32,000 nt of DNA from Candidatus Electrothrix yaqonensis (GCA_047651235.1 CP178758.1:1410001-1442000), one strand, 5' to 3'. Shown: positions 1-8,449, numbered from the stretch's first letter. The notes: generated by a model not told the origin, from the letters alone. Program-made: numbers and translations.

Positions 1-439
1 GGGTCTGCTGGGGCAGGTCGAGCGGCACGTTGAAGGTGCCATCAACCAAGAGAAAAGCAGGCAGCCCTGAGTCGCAGTCCTCAACCGCCCGCTGCATGGC
101 AAGCAGCGATGCCTGGAGAACATTTATCCGCTCAATCTCGGCCACCCCGGCAATGCCGACCCCGATAACCGCCCCGGAGTCATGCAGTTGAGTGTAAAGT
201 GTGTCTCGCCGTACAGCGGTAATTTTTTTGGAATCCCGATAAATGCTGGAATCGCAATCATGAGGAAGGATAACGCACCCGGCTACCACCGGCCCGGCAA
301 GAGGCCCGCGACCGGCTTCATCAATACCGGCCACAGAGGAAAATCCCTGCTGCCGCAGGCTGCGTTCATAAAAAAAAGAATCCCCGACCGCATCGGACGG
401 GGATAAAGAAAAAAAAGAGGCGGCAGACTTCGTCGGCAT
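1..439 (-). CDS. rnhB: Ribonuclease HII, N-terminal part only (gene continues past the left edge of the window)
   Basis: Absent from the ORF track because no stop codon lies inside the window. My minus-strand translation from ATG 439..437 gives MPTKSAASFFSLSPSDAVGDSFFYERSLRQQGFSSVAGIDEAGRGPLAGPVVAGCVILPHDCDSSIYRDSKKI... GIDEAGRGPLAGPVV is the RNase HII catalytic motif. Location directly after rplS is the usual synteny. Confidence 0.85.
   Translation of the reverse strand, partial: MPTKSAASFFSLSPSDAVGDSFFYERSLRQQGFSSVAGIDEAGRGPLAGPVVAGCVILPHDCDSSIYRDSKKITAVRRDTLYTQLHDSGAVIGVGIAGVAEIERINVLQASLLAMQRAVEDCDSGLPAFLLVDGTFNVPLDLPQQT
367..405 (-). terminator. Intrinsic terminator-like hairpin downstream of rplS
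   Basis: Minus strand reads UCCCCGUCCG-AUG-CGGUCGGGGA (10-position stem with one U/U mismatch, 3-nt loop; plus 381..403), followed by UUCUUUUUUUU (plus A-run 370..377). It starts about 80 nt after the rplS stop codon. Confidence 0.6.
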
Positions 440-483
440 AGAAGAAGAATACAGTGATACAGTGCCTCTTTTCAACCAGACCT

Positions 484-840
484 TTACGCCCGTCTGCGTT
501 CGCGGATACGGGCTGCTTTACCCCGTCGGTCACGCAGATAGTACAGACGGGAACGCCGCACCCGACCCTGGGAAACAACTTCAATAGTCTCGACACGGGG
601 AGAATGGAGGGCAAAGGTTTTTTCCACCCCGACGCCGCCGTGAGAAATTTTCCGTACTGTAAAACTGGCATTCATAGCGCCGCGTTTCCGTTTCAGGACA
701 ACGCCCTGAAAAATCTGAATACGCTCTTTATCTCCCTCAATAATACGGATATGTACTTTCACCGTATCCCCGGGACGAAACTCCGGCAGATCAAACCGCA
801 TCTGCTCCTGATCTATTGTATCGATAATGCTCATAGCCAT
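484..840 (-). CDS. rplS: 50S ribosomal protein L19 (bL19)
   Basis: 118 aa. The sequence [32 protein letters not shown]...[20 protein letters not shown] is the bL19 signature. Sits in trmD-rplS synteny. Confidence 0.97.
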   Translation of the reverse strand: MAMSIIDTIDQEQMRFDLPEFRPGDTVKVHIRIIEGDKERIQIFQGVVLKRKRGAMNASFTVRKISHGGVGVEKTFALHSPRVETIEVVSQGRVRRSRLYYLRDRRGKAARIRERRRA

Positions 841-983
841 AATGTTCTTTTTTCGGGCCGTACAGCAGGGCCCGCTGGATGCCTCCGTCCACCCCTGATT
901 CTATCTCAATATAAATAATTATCTGTTTTTTTCCATAGCACTGCTGCTCTTATGAGCTGCAGTAAGATATACTGCCCGTCCGG

Positions 984-1559
984 TCAAACCGCAGCTTCAC
1001 GGTTACCGAACAGCCGGTCCAGCAGGATGGATGCTGCTGAACGTACTGAAAGATGATTGAATGCTCCCGCCCCTTTTATCGGCGGCAGAACTGCATCGAC
1101 CTGCTCCATAATCTCAGGTGCCAGCCCCCAGGCAGTGCCTAACAGCAGGAGCACTGGATTTTTTTCCTGCAGAGTATGCCGCAACTCGGTATAACTGATC
1201 TCGTTCTGCTGCTGTCCGGCACTGGTGGCAACCAGGAGGGGCCTGCGTCCATGCTGCCGGGTCATCTCCGTAATGACCTGCTGCAGGTCCTGCCTGATTT
1301 GAATAATAGACAAGGCCTCGGCCCGGTCCGAATTCGCTCTGCCGCCGTACCCTTCTGTCCAATGGCCGACAATCTCGGCGGTCAGTTCCTGCTGCTGTTC
1401 GTACGGCGTGACCACCCAGTACGTGCCCACGCCAAAGGTCTTCCCGGCCCGGGCAATATCGTGCAGATCCAGATTGGTCACGGCAGAACCGATAACTTCG
1501 CCGTTCCGATTGACCACCGGATAGTGGATCAGGACGATATCACAACGGAAAGACTCCAT
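984..1559 (-). CDS. SPOUT-type RNA methyltransferase-like protein (PF09936-like family from memory) inserted between trmD and rplS
   Basis: 191 aa. The C-terminal LLLGTAWGL...NHLSVRSAASILLDRL resembles the SPOUT knot motif. The stop-start gap to trmD is 9 nt. The family assignment is from memory and was not searched. Confidence 0.65.
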   Translation of the reverse strand: MESFRCDIVLIHYPVVNRNGEVIGSAVTNLDLHDIARAGKTFGVGTYWVVTPYEQQQELTAEIVGHWTEGYGGRANSDRAEALSIIQIRQDLQQVITEMTRQHGRRPLLVATSAGQQQNEISYTELRHTLQEKNPVLLLLGTAWGLAPEIMEQVDAVLPPIKGAGAFNHLSVRSAASILLDRLFGNREAAV

Positions 1560-1568
1560 TCCGAGGTC

Positions 1569-2357
1569 TTAGCAGGGATCATCGACCGTACCGGCGGTCT
1601 GCTGCCGTACGTGTGCAGTCTGTTCAATCTGTGCAGACAGTCCGGCTTGGCGCAGCTGCTTCATCTCAGCCGGGGAAAACTCCACGGTGCGCAAGAGGTC
1701 AGGACGTCTGCGCAGGGTTTCCCGTACCGAGTCAAGAAAACGGTATTCCTCAATCCGGGCATGATCACCGTTCAGCAGGACTTCCGGCACGGAAATTCCG
1801 GCAAACTCACGCGGTCGGGTATACTGGCCGTGTTTCAGCAGCCCCCGGCTGAAGGTATCTCTGGCAGCTGAATCCGCACAGCCCAGCACACCGGGCAGTA
1901 ACCTAGTCACGGAATCCACCAGCACCATTGCCGCCAGCTCGCCGCCGGTCAGGATGTAATCCCCGATGGACAACTCTTCGTCCACGTATAGCTGGCAGAA
2001 CCGTTCATCTACACCTTCATACCGACCGCAGACCAAAATCAGCCGCTCACATTCGGCCAGCCGTTCTGCTGTCCGCTGGGTGTACACTGTGCCGCGCGGG
2101 GAAAGCAGAATCACCCTGCCCTGCCCTGCCGTCCGGACACCCTCCAAACAGGCAGCCAGAGGCTCAGGTTTCATTACCATGCCCTCACCGCCGCCAAAGG
2201 GACGGTCATCGGTCATGGAATGCCTGTCCGTGGCCCAGTCGCGGATATTATGCAGATTGACCCTGATCTGCCCGGCCTGCAGCGCCCTTTTCAGAATGCC
2301 TTCCTGCAGGGGCGTGGTAAACAGATCCGGAAAAATCGTCAGGATCTCAAAATGCAT
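1569..2357 (-). CDS. trmD: tRNA (guanine37-N1)-methyltransferase
   Basis: 262 aa. Contains MHFEILTIFPDLF, DDRPFGGGEGMVMKPEP, LVCGRYEGVDERF and IGDYILTGGELAAMVLVDSV, all typical TrmD motifs. Confidence 0.97.
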   Translation of the reverse strand: MHFEILTIFPDLFTTPLQEGILKRALQAGQIRVNLHNIRDWATDRHSMTDDRPFGGGEGMVMKPEPLAACLEGVRTAGQGRVILLSPRGTVYTQRTAERLAECERLILVCGRYEGVDERFCQLYVDEELSIGDYILTGGELAAMVLVDSVTRLLPGVLGCADSAARDTFSRGLLKHGQYTRPREFAGISVPEVLLNGDHARIEEYRFLDSVRETLRRRPDLLRTVEFSPAEMKQLRQAGLSAQIEQTAHVRQQTAGTVDDPC

Positions 2358-2371
2358 ATACGTTCAGCTGA

Positions 2372-2926
2372 TCAGCTGTTGATCTCCAGCAGGCCGGAAG
2401 GCAGAGCAACCGTCACTTCCTTTTGATCAATGGCACGCAGAAAGGCAGGCGCCAGAGGAACGAGATATTCCTGCCTCTCTCCCTGCACCTGCAGGATAGT
2501 CTGCGGGCTGTCGGCAAGGAATCCGATAATCTTTCCCACCATCTGTCCCTCAGCCGTTCTGAGTATCTTGCCCTCGAATTCCCTGAGATAGAACTCATTT
2601 TCTGCCGGTTCAGGGAGATCCTCCGGATACACATAGACTGAGGAGCGGACCAGCTGTTCTGCCTCGTCCCGGGAAGAACAGCCTTCAAGCTGGAGCACAA
2701 CACTGTTTTTCTGCATCCTGGCCCGTTCGACGTTGTAAAGAACCGGTGTTGCTCCCTGGTCTGCAGCAAGCAGAATGCGGGAATACTCCAGCATCTGTTC
2801 CGGATCCCCTGAATAGGGCAGCACCCTGATCTCACCCCGGACAGCATGCGGTCTGGTCACCCGACCCACCAGAACAAGATCATCTGTACACGGAGCACAC
2901 GTATCAATATCGCTCATCATTATCAC
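2372..2926 (-). CDS. rimM: 16S rRNA processing protein RimM
   Basis: 184 aa. LVLVGRVTRPHAVRGEIRV is the RimM N-terminal barrel motif and a PRC-like C-terminus follows. Positioned between the KH protein gene and trmD. Confidence 0.92.
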   Translation of the reverse strand: MIMMSDIDTCAPCTDDLVLVGRVTRPHAVRGEIRVLPYSGDPEQMLEYSRILLAADQGATPVLYNVERARMQKNSVVLQLEGCSSRDEAEQLVRSSVYVYPEDLPEPAENEFYLREFEGKILRTAEGQMVGKIIGFLADSPQTILQVQGERQEYLVPLAPAFLRAIDQKEVTVALPSGLLEINS

Positions 2927-3153
2927 TCGATAATTTCAAGACGGGAACGTTTGTTGTCTTTTGCCGCCATCGCGGACAGCACCGTCCGCATGGCCCGGGC
3001 AGTACGTCCCTGTTTCCCGATCACCTTGCCGAGATCCTCCTTGGCAACCCGCAGCTCCACAGTCACTGTACCGCTGTCCTCATGCTGCCCGGCAGACACC
3101 TCATCCGGTGCATCCACCAGCTTGGCCGCAATAAAAGAGATAAACTCCTTCAT
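2923..3153 (-). CDS. KH-domain RNA-binding protein (UPF0109/YlqC-like)
   Basis: 76 aa. VIGKQGRTARAMRTV carries the GXXG KH loop. Shows the conserved rpsP-KH-rimM arrangement. Its stop overlaps the rimM start (ATGA). Confidence 0.9.
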   Translation of the reverse strand: MKEFISFIAAKLVDAPDEVSAGQHEDSGTVTVELRVAKEDLGKVIGKQGRTARAMRTVLSAMAAKDNKRSRLEIIE

Positions 3154-3167
3154 CTATCAACTCCGGT

Positions 3168-3425
3168 TTATGCTGCCTCAACCACGGGAGCTTCGTACTT
3201 GTCAATCAGGGTCTTCACCGTCTGGCTCGGCTGTGCGCCCCTGCCCATCCAGTCCTGCAGTTTTTCCGTATTCAGGCGGATAGCTGCCGGATCCTGCATT
3301 GGATCATAGGTTCCGACAATGTCAAGAAATTTTCCGTCGCGGGGAGCCTGGGAATCTGCCACCACGATGCGGTAAAACGGTTGTTTTTTGCGTCCTTTTC
3401 TGGTCAAACGAATTCGTACTGCCAT
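3168..3425 (-). CDS. rpsP: 30S ribosomal protein S16 (bS16)
   Basis: 85 aa. MAVRIRLTRKGRKKQPFYRIVVADSQAPRDGKF is the canonical bS16 N-terminus. Confidence 0.97.
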   Translation of the reverse strand: MAVRIRLTRKGRKKQPFYRIVVADSQAPRDGKFLDIVGTYDPMQDPAAIRLNTEKLQDWMGRGAQPSQTVKTLIDKYEAPVVEAA

Positions 3426-3518
3426 TGGTTTTCCTATCTCCTGTGTTCTCCTGTGGATTCTTCACATACCGGAATAATAATCCGGAACCAACTCCGCACT
3501 CTGTTTTATTCTGTTGTG

Positions 3519-3563
3519 TAAAAACAAAAAAATTACCGGGGCTGGCAATCAACGATCAGCGCC
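3519..3563 (-). terminator. Possible attenuating hairpin plus U-tract at the ffh stop codon
   Basis: Minus strand reads GGCGCUG-(12 nt)-CAGCCCC (7 positions, one C/C mismatch; plus 3557..3563 and 3538..3544), followed by GGUAAUUUUUUUGUUUUU. The hairpin spans the ffh TGA (3556..3558). The stem is imperfect, so confidence is low. Confidence 0.3.
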
Positions 3564-4908
3564 GCAGTCCCTTGGGCCGTTTACGCCGTTTGCCCCCTTT
3601 GGTCACCACGGACTTGCCCTGCATTTTTTTCATCATCTTCAGCATCATAGTATAGCTTTTCAGCACCCGGTTTACTTCCTGCAGCGAGGTGCCGGAACCT
3701 TTGGCGATCCGTTGTCTGCGGCTTGCGGTAATAATTTTATAATTGTTCCGCTCCTTTCTGGTCATGGAAAGGATAATCGCTTCGGTCTTGACCAGCTCCT
3801 TTTCATCCGGCGTCGGGGCGTCCTGCAGCTGTTTCAGCTTGTTGATCCCCGGAACCATGCTCATGAGCTGCTCCAGGCTGCCCATTTTCTTTATATTCTG
3901 AATCTGATCAAGAAAGTCCTCCAGCGTAAAAACATTCTTGCGGATCTTACGGGCAAGTTTTTTCGCCTCTTTTTCATCAACAACCTGTTCCGCCTTTTCA
4001 ATCAGGGACAGCACGTCCCCCATGCCCAGAATTCTGGAAGCGGTCCGATCCGGATGAAAGATCTCCAGAGCATCAAGAGCCTCGCCGATCCCGACGAATT
4101 TGATCGGCTTGCCGGTGATCTTCTTTACCGACAGTGCTGCGCCGCCACGGGCGTCACCTTCCATCTTGGTGAGCACAACACCGGTGATTTCAAGATCCGT
4201 GTTGAACTTGTCCGCCACAGTAACCGCATCCTGACCGGTCATAGAGTCAGCGACAAACAGCACTTCGGACAGCCGTACTGCGGCGGAGATGTCCTGCAGC
4301 TCGCCCATAAGCTGCTCATCCACATGCAGCCGACCTGCCGTGTCGATGATCACGGTATCATGACCGGCTGTTTCCGCCTGGGCTACAGCCTGTCGGGCGA
4401 TTTCCACCGGACTCTGATCTGTTGTCGAATCAAAGACCGGCACGCCGACCTGCTCGCCGAGCACATGCAGCTGCTCAATAGCTGCCGGACGGTAGACATC
4501 CGCAGGCACCAGAAACGGTGTGCGTCCTTTTTCCTTGAGCTGCCGGGCAATCTTTGCCGAGGTCGTTGTTTTACCTGAGCCCTGCAGCCCGGCCATCATG
4601 ATAACCACCGGCTGGGGACCGTCAAGGCGCAGCGGTTCAGCCTCACTGCCGAGCAGGGTCACCAGTTCTTCATACACGACCTTGATGACCTGCTGGCCCG
4701 GAGCCAGACTGGCAAGCACTTCCTTGCCGACCGCCTTTTCAGTGACCGAAGCGACAAATTCCTTGACGACCTGAAAATTGACGTCCGCTTCGAGCAAGGC
4801 CGTGCGTACTTCACGCATTGCCTCGCTGATATTTTCCTCTGTCAGTCTGCCGTGGCCGCGCAGCTTTTTGAACACGCCTTCAAGGCGGTCTGTTAAATTC
4901 TCAAACAT
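3556..4908 (-). CDS. ffh: Signal recognition particle protein Ffh
   Basis: 450 aa. Has the SRP54 N and G domains (MMAGLQGSGKTTT, IIDTAGRLH, LTKMEGDARGGAALS) and a Met-rich M domain (MGSLEQLMSMVPG...MMLKMMKKM). Confidence 0.98.
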   Translation of the reverse strand: MFENLTDRLEGVFKKLRGHGRLTEENISEAMREVRTALLEADVNFQVVKEFVASVTEKAVGKEVLASLAPGQQVIKVVYEELVTLLGSEAEPLRLDGPQPVVIMMAGLQGSGKTTTSAKIARQLKEKGRTPFLVPADVYRPAAIEQLHVLGEQVGVPVFDSTTDQSPVEIARQAVAQAETAGHDTVIIDTAGRLHVDEQLMGELQDISAAVRLSEVLFVADSMTGQDAVTVADKFNTDLEITGVVLTKMEGDARGGAALSVKKITGKPIKFVGIGEALDALEIFHPDRTASRILGMGDVLSLIEKAEQVVDEKEAKKLARKIRKNVFTLEDFLDQIQNIKKMGSLEQLMSMVPGINKLKQLQDAPTPDEKELVKTEAIILSMTRKERNNYKIITASRRQRIAKGSGTSLQEVNRVLKSYTMMLKMMKKMQGKSVVTKGGKRRKRPKGLRR

Positions 4909-5153
4909 GGTTCTCTGCAGAAGAGTAATGCATCAGCATAAAAAATAAGCATAAATGAGAGCACCGGCACACACCGGCAGCCAGCTTCAAGCTGGACATC
5001 AGAGTCAAGTTGACCGAGAAAACAAAAATATTTACTCCATGCCCGCCATTCTGTCAAGCAGGAAGCAGAACGAACCGGTAAAAGAAGTGAACGACAAGTA
5101 TCCGGCATAAACGGCTCTGGCCCTGCGGGCCTCGGTCCGCCATCATTCCGGCA

Positions 5154-6104
5154 TCAGTCCGTTATGACGGCCACTGCTTTTTCCAGCAGTTCCGGGGTAT
5201 CGGCCTGAACACAGACCACAGGACTCTTCCGGGGCAGGATCTTCCGCAGCATACCGGTCAGTACCCTTTTAGGTCCCAGTTCCACAAAGACCTCGACACC
5301 GTCCTCGATTATACGCTGGATGGATTCATACCAGCGCACCCGTGAAGCGATCTGCCGGGCCATGATGCCCCGGATCGCTGTCGGATCAGTTTCCTGTGCC
5401 GCTGTGACATTAAACAGGACAGGCAGCTGCGGCTTATTAAATGGGATTGTTTTCATGCAGGCGGCAAAATCATCCACTGCCCCGGCAACCAGAGGACTGT
5501 GGTTGGCCACGGACACCTTGAGCGGGACAATTTTGCCTGCCCCGTTTGCGCGGCAGACCTCGCTGAACCCATCCAGTCCTTCCTGATCACCGGAAATGAT
5601 AATCTGTTCAGCGGTATTGTGATTGGCCACCACCACAGTGCCGCCGCCAGTATATTCCGCCAGCAGGCTCTCCATCGTTTCAATGGTCAGGCCGAGAACC
5701 GCCCGCATTCCTCCGGGATGAGCAGCACCTTCCCGCTCCATCAGGGCACCGCGCTTTGTTACCAGTTTCAGGGTGTCTGCAGCAGACAGCACCCCGGCTG
5801 CATGTAAGGCAGAGCATTCGCCCAGAGAATGGCCTCCGGCGTAGGCCGGGACAAAATCAGGCAGGGCCTTTTGCAGCTGCTGCCAGCAGATCAGGTTGAC
5901 AGCGGTCAGGGCCGGCTGCAGATGAACCGCCCTGGTCAAATTCTCCATCGGGCCTTCTAGGCAGAGCTTCCGGAGCGAAAAACCGGTGGCCTCCTCAGCC
6001 ATTTCCATCAGGGCTGCAGCATCAGAGTCTGCTTCGATAAACTCCTGGCCCATTCCTACGTACTGTGATCCCTGACCGGGAAAAAGAACTGCTGTTTTCT
6101 TCAT
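5154..6104 (-). CDS. fabD: Malonyl-CoA:ACP transacylase
   Basis: 316 aa. Contains FPGQGSQYVGMG and the GHSLGE nucleophile elbow, at typical FabD length. Confidence 0.95.
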   Translation of the reverse strand: MKKTAVLFPGQGSQYVGMGQEFIEADSDAAALMEMAEEATGFSLRKLCLEGPMENLTRAVHLQPALTAVNLICWQQLQKALPDFVPAYAGGHSLGECSALHAAGVLSAADTLKLVTKRGALMEREGAAHPGGMRAVLGLTIETMESLLAEYTGGGTVVVANHNTAEQIIISGDQEGLDGFSEVCRANGAGKIVPLKVSVANHSPLVAGAVDDFAACMKTIPFNKPQLPVLFNVTAAQETDPTAIRGIMARQIASRVRWYESIQRIIEDGVEVFVELGPKRVLTGMLRKILPRKSPVVCVQADTPELLEKAVAVITD

Positions 6105-6204
6105 TGATTAGAGATTAATTGAATTGCTTTTTTCTTGATTTCCCAAGTATTTCTTGAATGAGAAGCAGGACGTGACAGCTGACCATCCGCTGTGATATCG
6201 GAGG

Positions 6205-6795
6205 CTATATAAACAATGCTCTGATATCCTGCCAGGAGCGGACAACAGGAAGTTGGTGGCGGTTATGATTCCAGGGCTGGCTGAAGACAAACGGCTGAAT
6301 GCCCGCCTGACTGAGCTGAATACAGGTCTCGGCGCGATCATCGATAAAATAGCGCAACCCCTGCTCACGGACATGCCGGGGTTTGTCATCATGGATGCTC
6401 ATAGCAATGACCCTGATCGATCTGCAGGCTGCGGGCGGAAACATGGCCTCAAACCAGTTATGCACCGGCTCGGCAAGAGAACGGGCTGTAATCACAGAAA
6501 GACTGCTGAACCCTGCCAGCTCGGCAAGCACCTCTACAGCTCCGGGCATCGGCTGCAGCCCGGTACCCAAAGAATCCCGCAGTATCCTGGCAAAAATCCC
6601 CTCGACCTGATCTCGGTCAAGAGCATCAATGCATTTTTCCACCTCGAAATTGACGATATCCTCAGGGATGAGATCACACAGGCCGTATTCTTCGCAGACA
6701 AGCCGGAGAAACGCCTCTGCCGTATCGGCAATAACGCCGTCAAAATCAAACCCGACCAGAGCCGGATCAATTTTCGTCGCTCCGTTTACAGGCAT
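6205..6795 (-). CDS. HAD-superfamily hydrolase (5'-nucleotidase-like)
   Basis: Carries HAD motif I FDFDGVIADT and a later FIDDR. I use the internal ATG at 6795 (MPVNGATKIDPALVGFDFDG). The 244-aa track ORF (to 6939) has an Arg/Gly-rich, non-protein-like N-terminus and overlaps the small ORF 6813..7001 in another frame. The start choice is uncertain. Confidence 0.72.
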   Translation of the reverse strand: MPVNGATKIDPALVGFDFDGVIADTAEAFLRLVCEEYGLCDLIPEDIVNFEVEKCIDALDRDQVEGIFARILRDSLGTGLQPMPGAVEVLAELAGFSSLSVITARSLAEPVHNWFEAMFPPAACRSIRVIAMSIHDDKPRHVREQGLRYFIDDRAETCIQLSQAGIQPFVFSQPWNHNRHQLPVVRSWQDIRALFI

Positions 6796-6812
6796 CTGTA
6801 CGGCTCGACAAC

Positions 6813-7001
6813 CTATTTTTTCCGGATTGAAGCGGAAGAACGGCGCATTTCCTGTTCGACCCGGCGGATTTTTTCTTCCAGCTCTTCGCTTACCGCGATA
6901 CGCCCTTCCAGTACACATCCCTTGCGTCCGGGGGCGCATTCTCCGGAAAGCCGTTTACATCTGTTTTCCGCGATATCGTAATTTCTGCAATGAAAGGTCA
7001 T
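6813..7001 (-). CDS. Small Cys-rich hypothetical protein (62 aa)
   Basis: ATG preceded by AGGAAG at appropriate spacing. It fits exactly between the stop of the 7028..7858 gene and the HAD start. It has four Cys residues (C-x9-C-x6-C-x6-C) followed by a charged helical tail. No family recognised. Confidence 0.45.
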   Translation of the reverse strand: MTFHCRNYDIAENRCKRLSGECAPGRKGCVLEGRIAVSEELEEKIRRVEQEMRRSSASIRKK

Positions 7002-7027
7002 ACCTGCTTCCTGCCCGCCGCAAACGC

Positions 7028-7858
7028 CTATTCCCCGACGATCTTCGCATCCTCAACGATGGCATCATATCGGTATCCGGCGCCGAAGTCTTTCTCCTTA
7101 TGCAGAGTTCCTTCAATTGTAACGACAGCGCCTTTTTCCGTGGTCTCCGAGGTGGTTACCACCAGATCATGGGTTTTCTTTTCGGCATCTCCGGTACCGT
7201 CCTGCAGATGCAGCCAGTTTTTTCCCATAATCATAGGAGAAAATTTAACCACCTTGCCGCGTACCCGCACGGTTTTCCCGTCCAGTTTCTCGACATTGGC
7301 AAAACATTCCTCCACGGTCTGCGCATTGTCCCCTTCGGCTTTATCCACACTGATCTTGTCAGCAGGCACAGCAGCCTTCTTTGACCCGCCGGACAGCCTT
7401 TCCAGTTCCGCATCATCCACCGGCCCTTCGACCTTCTGCATGTACTCATGATGCTTGGACATATCCGGCGTTCCGCCTTCAGTCTCGTTTTTCTGCGCCA
7501 CCTTGCCGGGTTCTTCAAGGCCTGCGGAAAAGATCAGAGCATCAAAGGTTCGGCCCAACGATTCAGACTCAAAGGATTTCATCAGCATACCAGGACTGAC
7601 AACCACTTCCTGACCCGCTTCCACCGGAGTCTCCGGGATGGCCACCCAGACCGCATCCTGCTCTCCTTTGATCTGCAGATAGGTATATCCCCCGCCGGAC
7701 TGCACCTCCAACACCTTACCCTGAATCGGTTTCCCGGCCAGACCGGCTGCAGCTTCCCTGGCAGCCGGAGCCGTCTTTTTTTCTTCAGCCGACACAGGTC
7801 CGGCAAACATAAGTGCCAAAGCCAAGGCTCCGGCAATATACCCGCTTCTCATAACCAT
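7028..7858 (-). CDS. Secreted protein of unknown function with OB-fold-like C-terminal domain
   Basis: 276 aa. N-terminal signal peptide YIAGALALALMFAGPVSA|EEKK. Has a GGGYTYLQIKG...VWVAIPE module and a C-terminal GKTVRVRGKVVKF...NWLHLQDGTG...VTIEGTL segment of the type usually annotated as an OB-fold nucleic-acid-binding-like domain. Confidence 0.75.
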   Translation of the reverse strand: MVMRSGYIAGALALALMFAGPVSAEEKKTAPAAREAAAGLAGKPIQGKVLEVQSGGGYTYLQIKGEQDAVWVAIPETPVEAGQEVVVSPGMLMKSFESESLGRTFDALIFSAGLEEPGKVAQKNETEGGTPDMSKHHEYMQKVEGPVDDAELERLSGGSKKAAVPADKISVDKAEGDNAQTVEECFANVEKLDGKTVRVRGKVVKFSPMIMGKNWLHLQDGTGDAEKKTHDLVVTTSETTEKGAVVTIEGTLHKEKDFGAGYRYDAIVEDAKIVGE

Positions 7859-7961
7859 AACCTTATCTCCTTATAAACAAAATTTTCTCTGCTTTATTTT
7901 AACTTGTCTTTATCTTCAATTATCCTTTGCAGTCATCCCCGTGAAGATACGCTTCCTCAGC

Positions 7962-8427
7962 TTATTGGTCAGCCCGATCGAGCTCGACAAACGGCAGGCC
8001 GAACCAATGCGGAATCACTCCGGCCTGCCAGCAGTCCTTTGTATTCCGAAAAATCTCCTTCATGGTCCCCCTGATCACCGCCCAGAGTACATCATGGCCG
8101 CCGACATTAGCGCCGCCGTTGCACCAGAGGGCCTCAAGCATGAGAATTAGCAGAAAAAAATCCTGCTGCAACCGTCTGTTGACCGGATGATCCGGTTGTT
8201 CGGTACCGGTGTAGACATCAGGAAGCCCGCTGTTTTTCAGCTCAATAAAGCGTCCGAAGCAGCAGTTGTCGGGTTGAGCGTTGTGCTGATATCCAGGCGT
8301 CAGTCATCCAGGAGCCTGTCTCTCTGTCATTATCCGGCACAAACGGCTCCCCATGATACTCTATGAATCCCTCTCTGTCAAAGCATTCTCTTTGCCGACC
8401 TGGACAGGAAAAATCCTTCTGCGGCAC
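7962..8427 (-). pseudogene. Two consecutive minus-strand ORFs in different frames; possible frameshifted gene of unknown function (or non-coding leader)
   Basis: ORF A runs 8427..8242 (GTG start, TGA stop). ORF B is open from 8303 down to 7962. Its first canonical start is the TTG at 8171, yet protein-like sequence (AQPDNCCFGRFIELKNSGLPDVYTG...) precedes that start. The two frames overlap over 8245..8303, so a single indel there would fuse them into about 150 codons. No family recognised. Confidence 0.25.
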
Positions 8428-8449
8428 AGTATCTGCACCATTATATCTT

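Noticed and set aside
3514-4578. Long ORFs antisense to well-supported genes: 3514..4578(+) 354 aa opposite ffh; 1176..1871(+) opposite trmD and the methyltransferase; 6253..6981(+) and 6629..7384(+); 9601..10224(-); 16303..17139(+) opposite livH; 23637..24293(-) opposite the HD-GYP gene; 30154..30912(+) opposite mtaB.
   Set aside because: Each lies fully opposite a gene with unmistakable family motifs. Their translations are low-complexity and rich in Arg, Gly, Pro and Cys, with no recognisable domains. These are typical shadow ORFs in moderate- to high-GC coding DNA.
4893-5108. 71-aa ORF in the ffh-fabD gap, plus the direct repeat CACCGGCA-CA-CACCGGCA and the palindrome CCAGCTTCAAGCTGG (about 4962..5003), as a possible small gene or ncRNA.
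   Set aside because: The ORF overlaps the ffh start and has no RBS or recognisable product. The repeats are short and could be promoter or UTR sequence for ffh; a TTGACA-N17-TAAATA match lies at 5057..5029 on the minus strand. There is not enough evidence to call a feature.
6796-6939. The 244-aa version of the HAD hydrolase ORF starting at 6939.
   Set aside because: The extra 48 residues (MRPRTQGMCTGRAYRGKRRAGRKNPPGRTG...) are not protein-like. They also overlap, in another frame, a small ORF that has a proper RBS and fits the intergenic spacing. The HAD DxDG motif begins 16 residues after the internal Met at 6795.
8242-8306. Reading the TGA codons in the 7962..8427 region (8304..8306 in frame B, 8242..8244 in frame A) as selenocysteine, by analogy with selD.
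   Set aside because: Read-through of frame A meets a second TGA only 8 codons later. The frame B context (QAPG-U-LTPG) is not a redox motif of the CxxU or UxxC type. I could not find a hairpin at SECIS distance downstream. A frameshift or non-coding sequence explains the data better.
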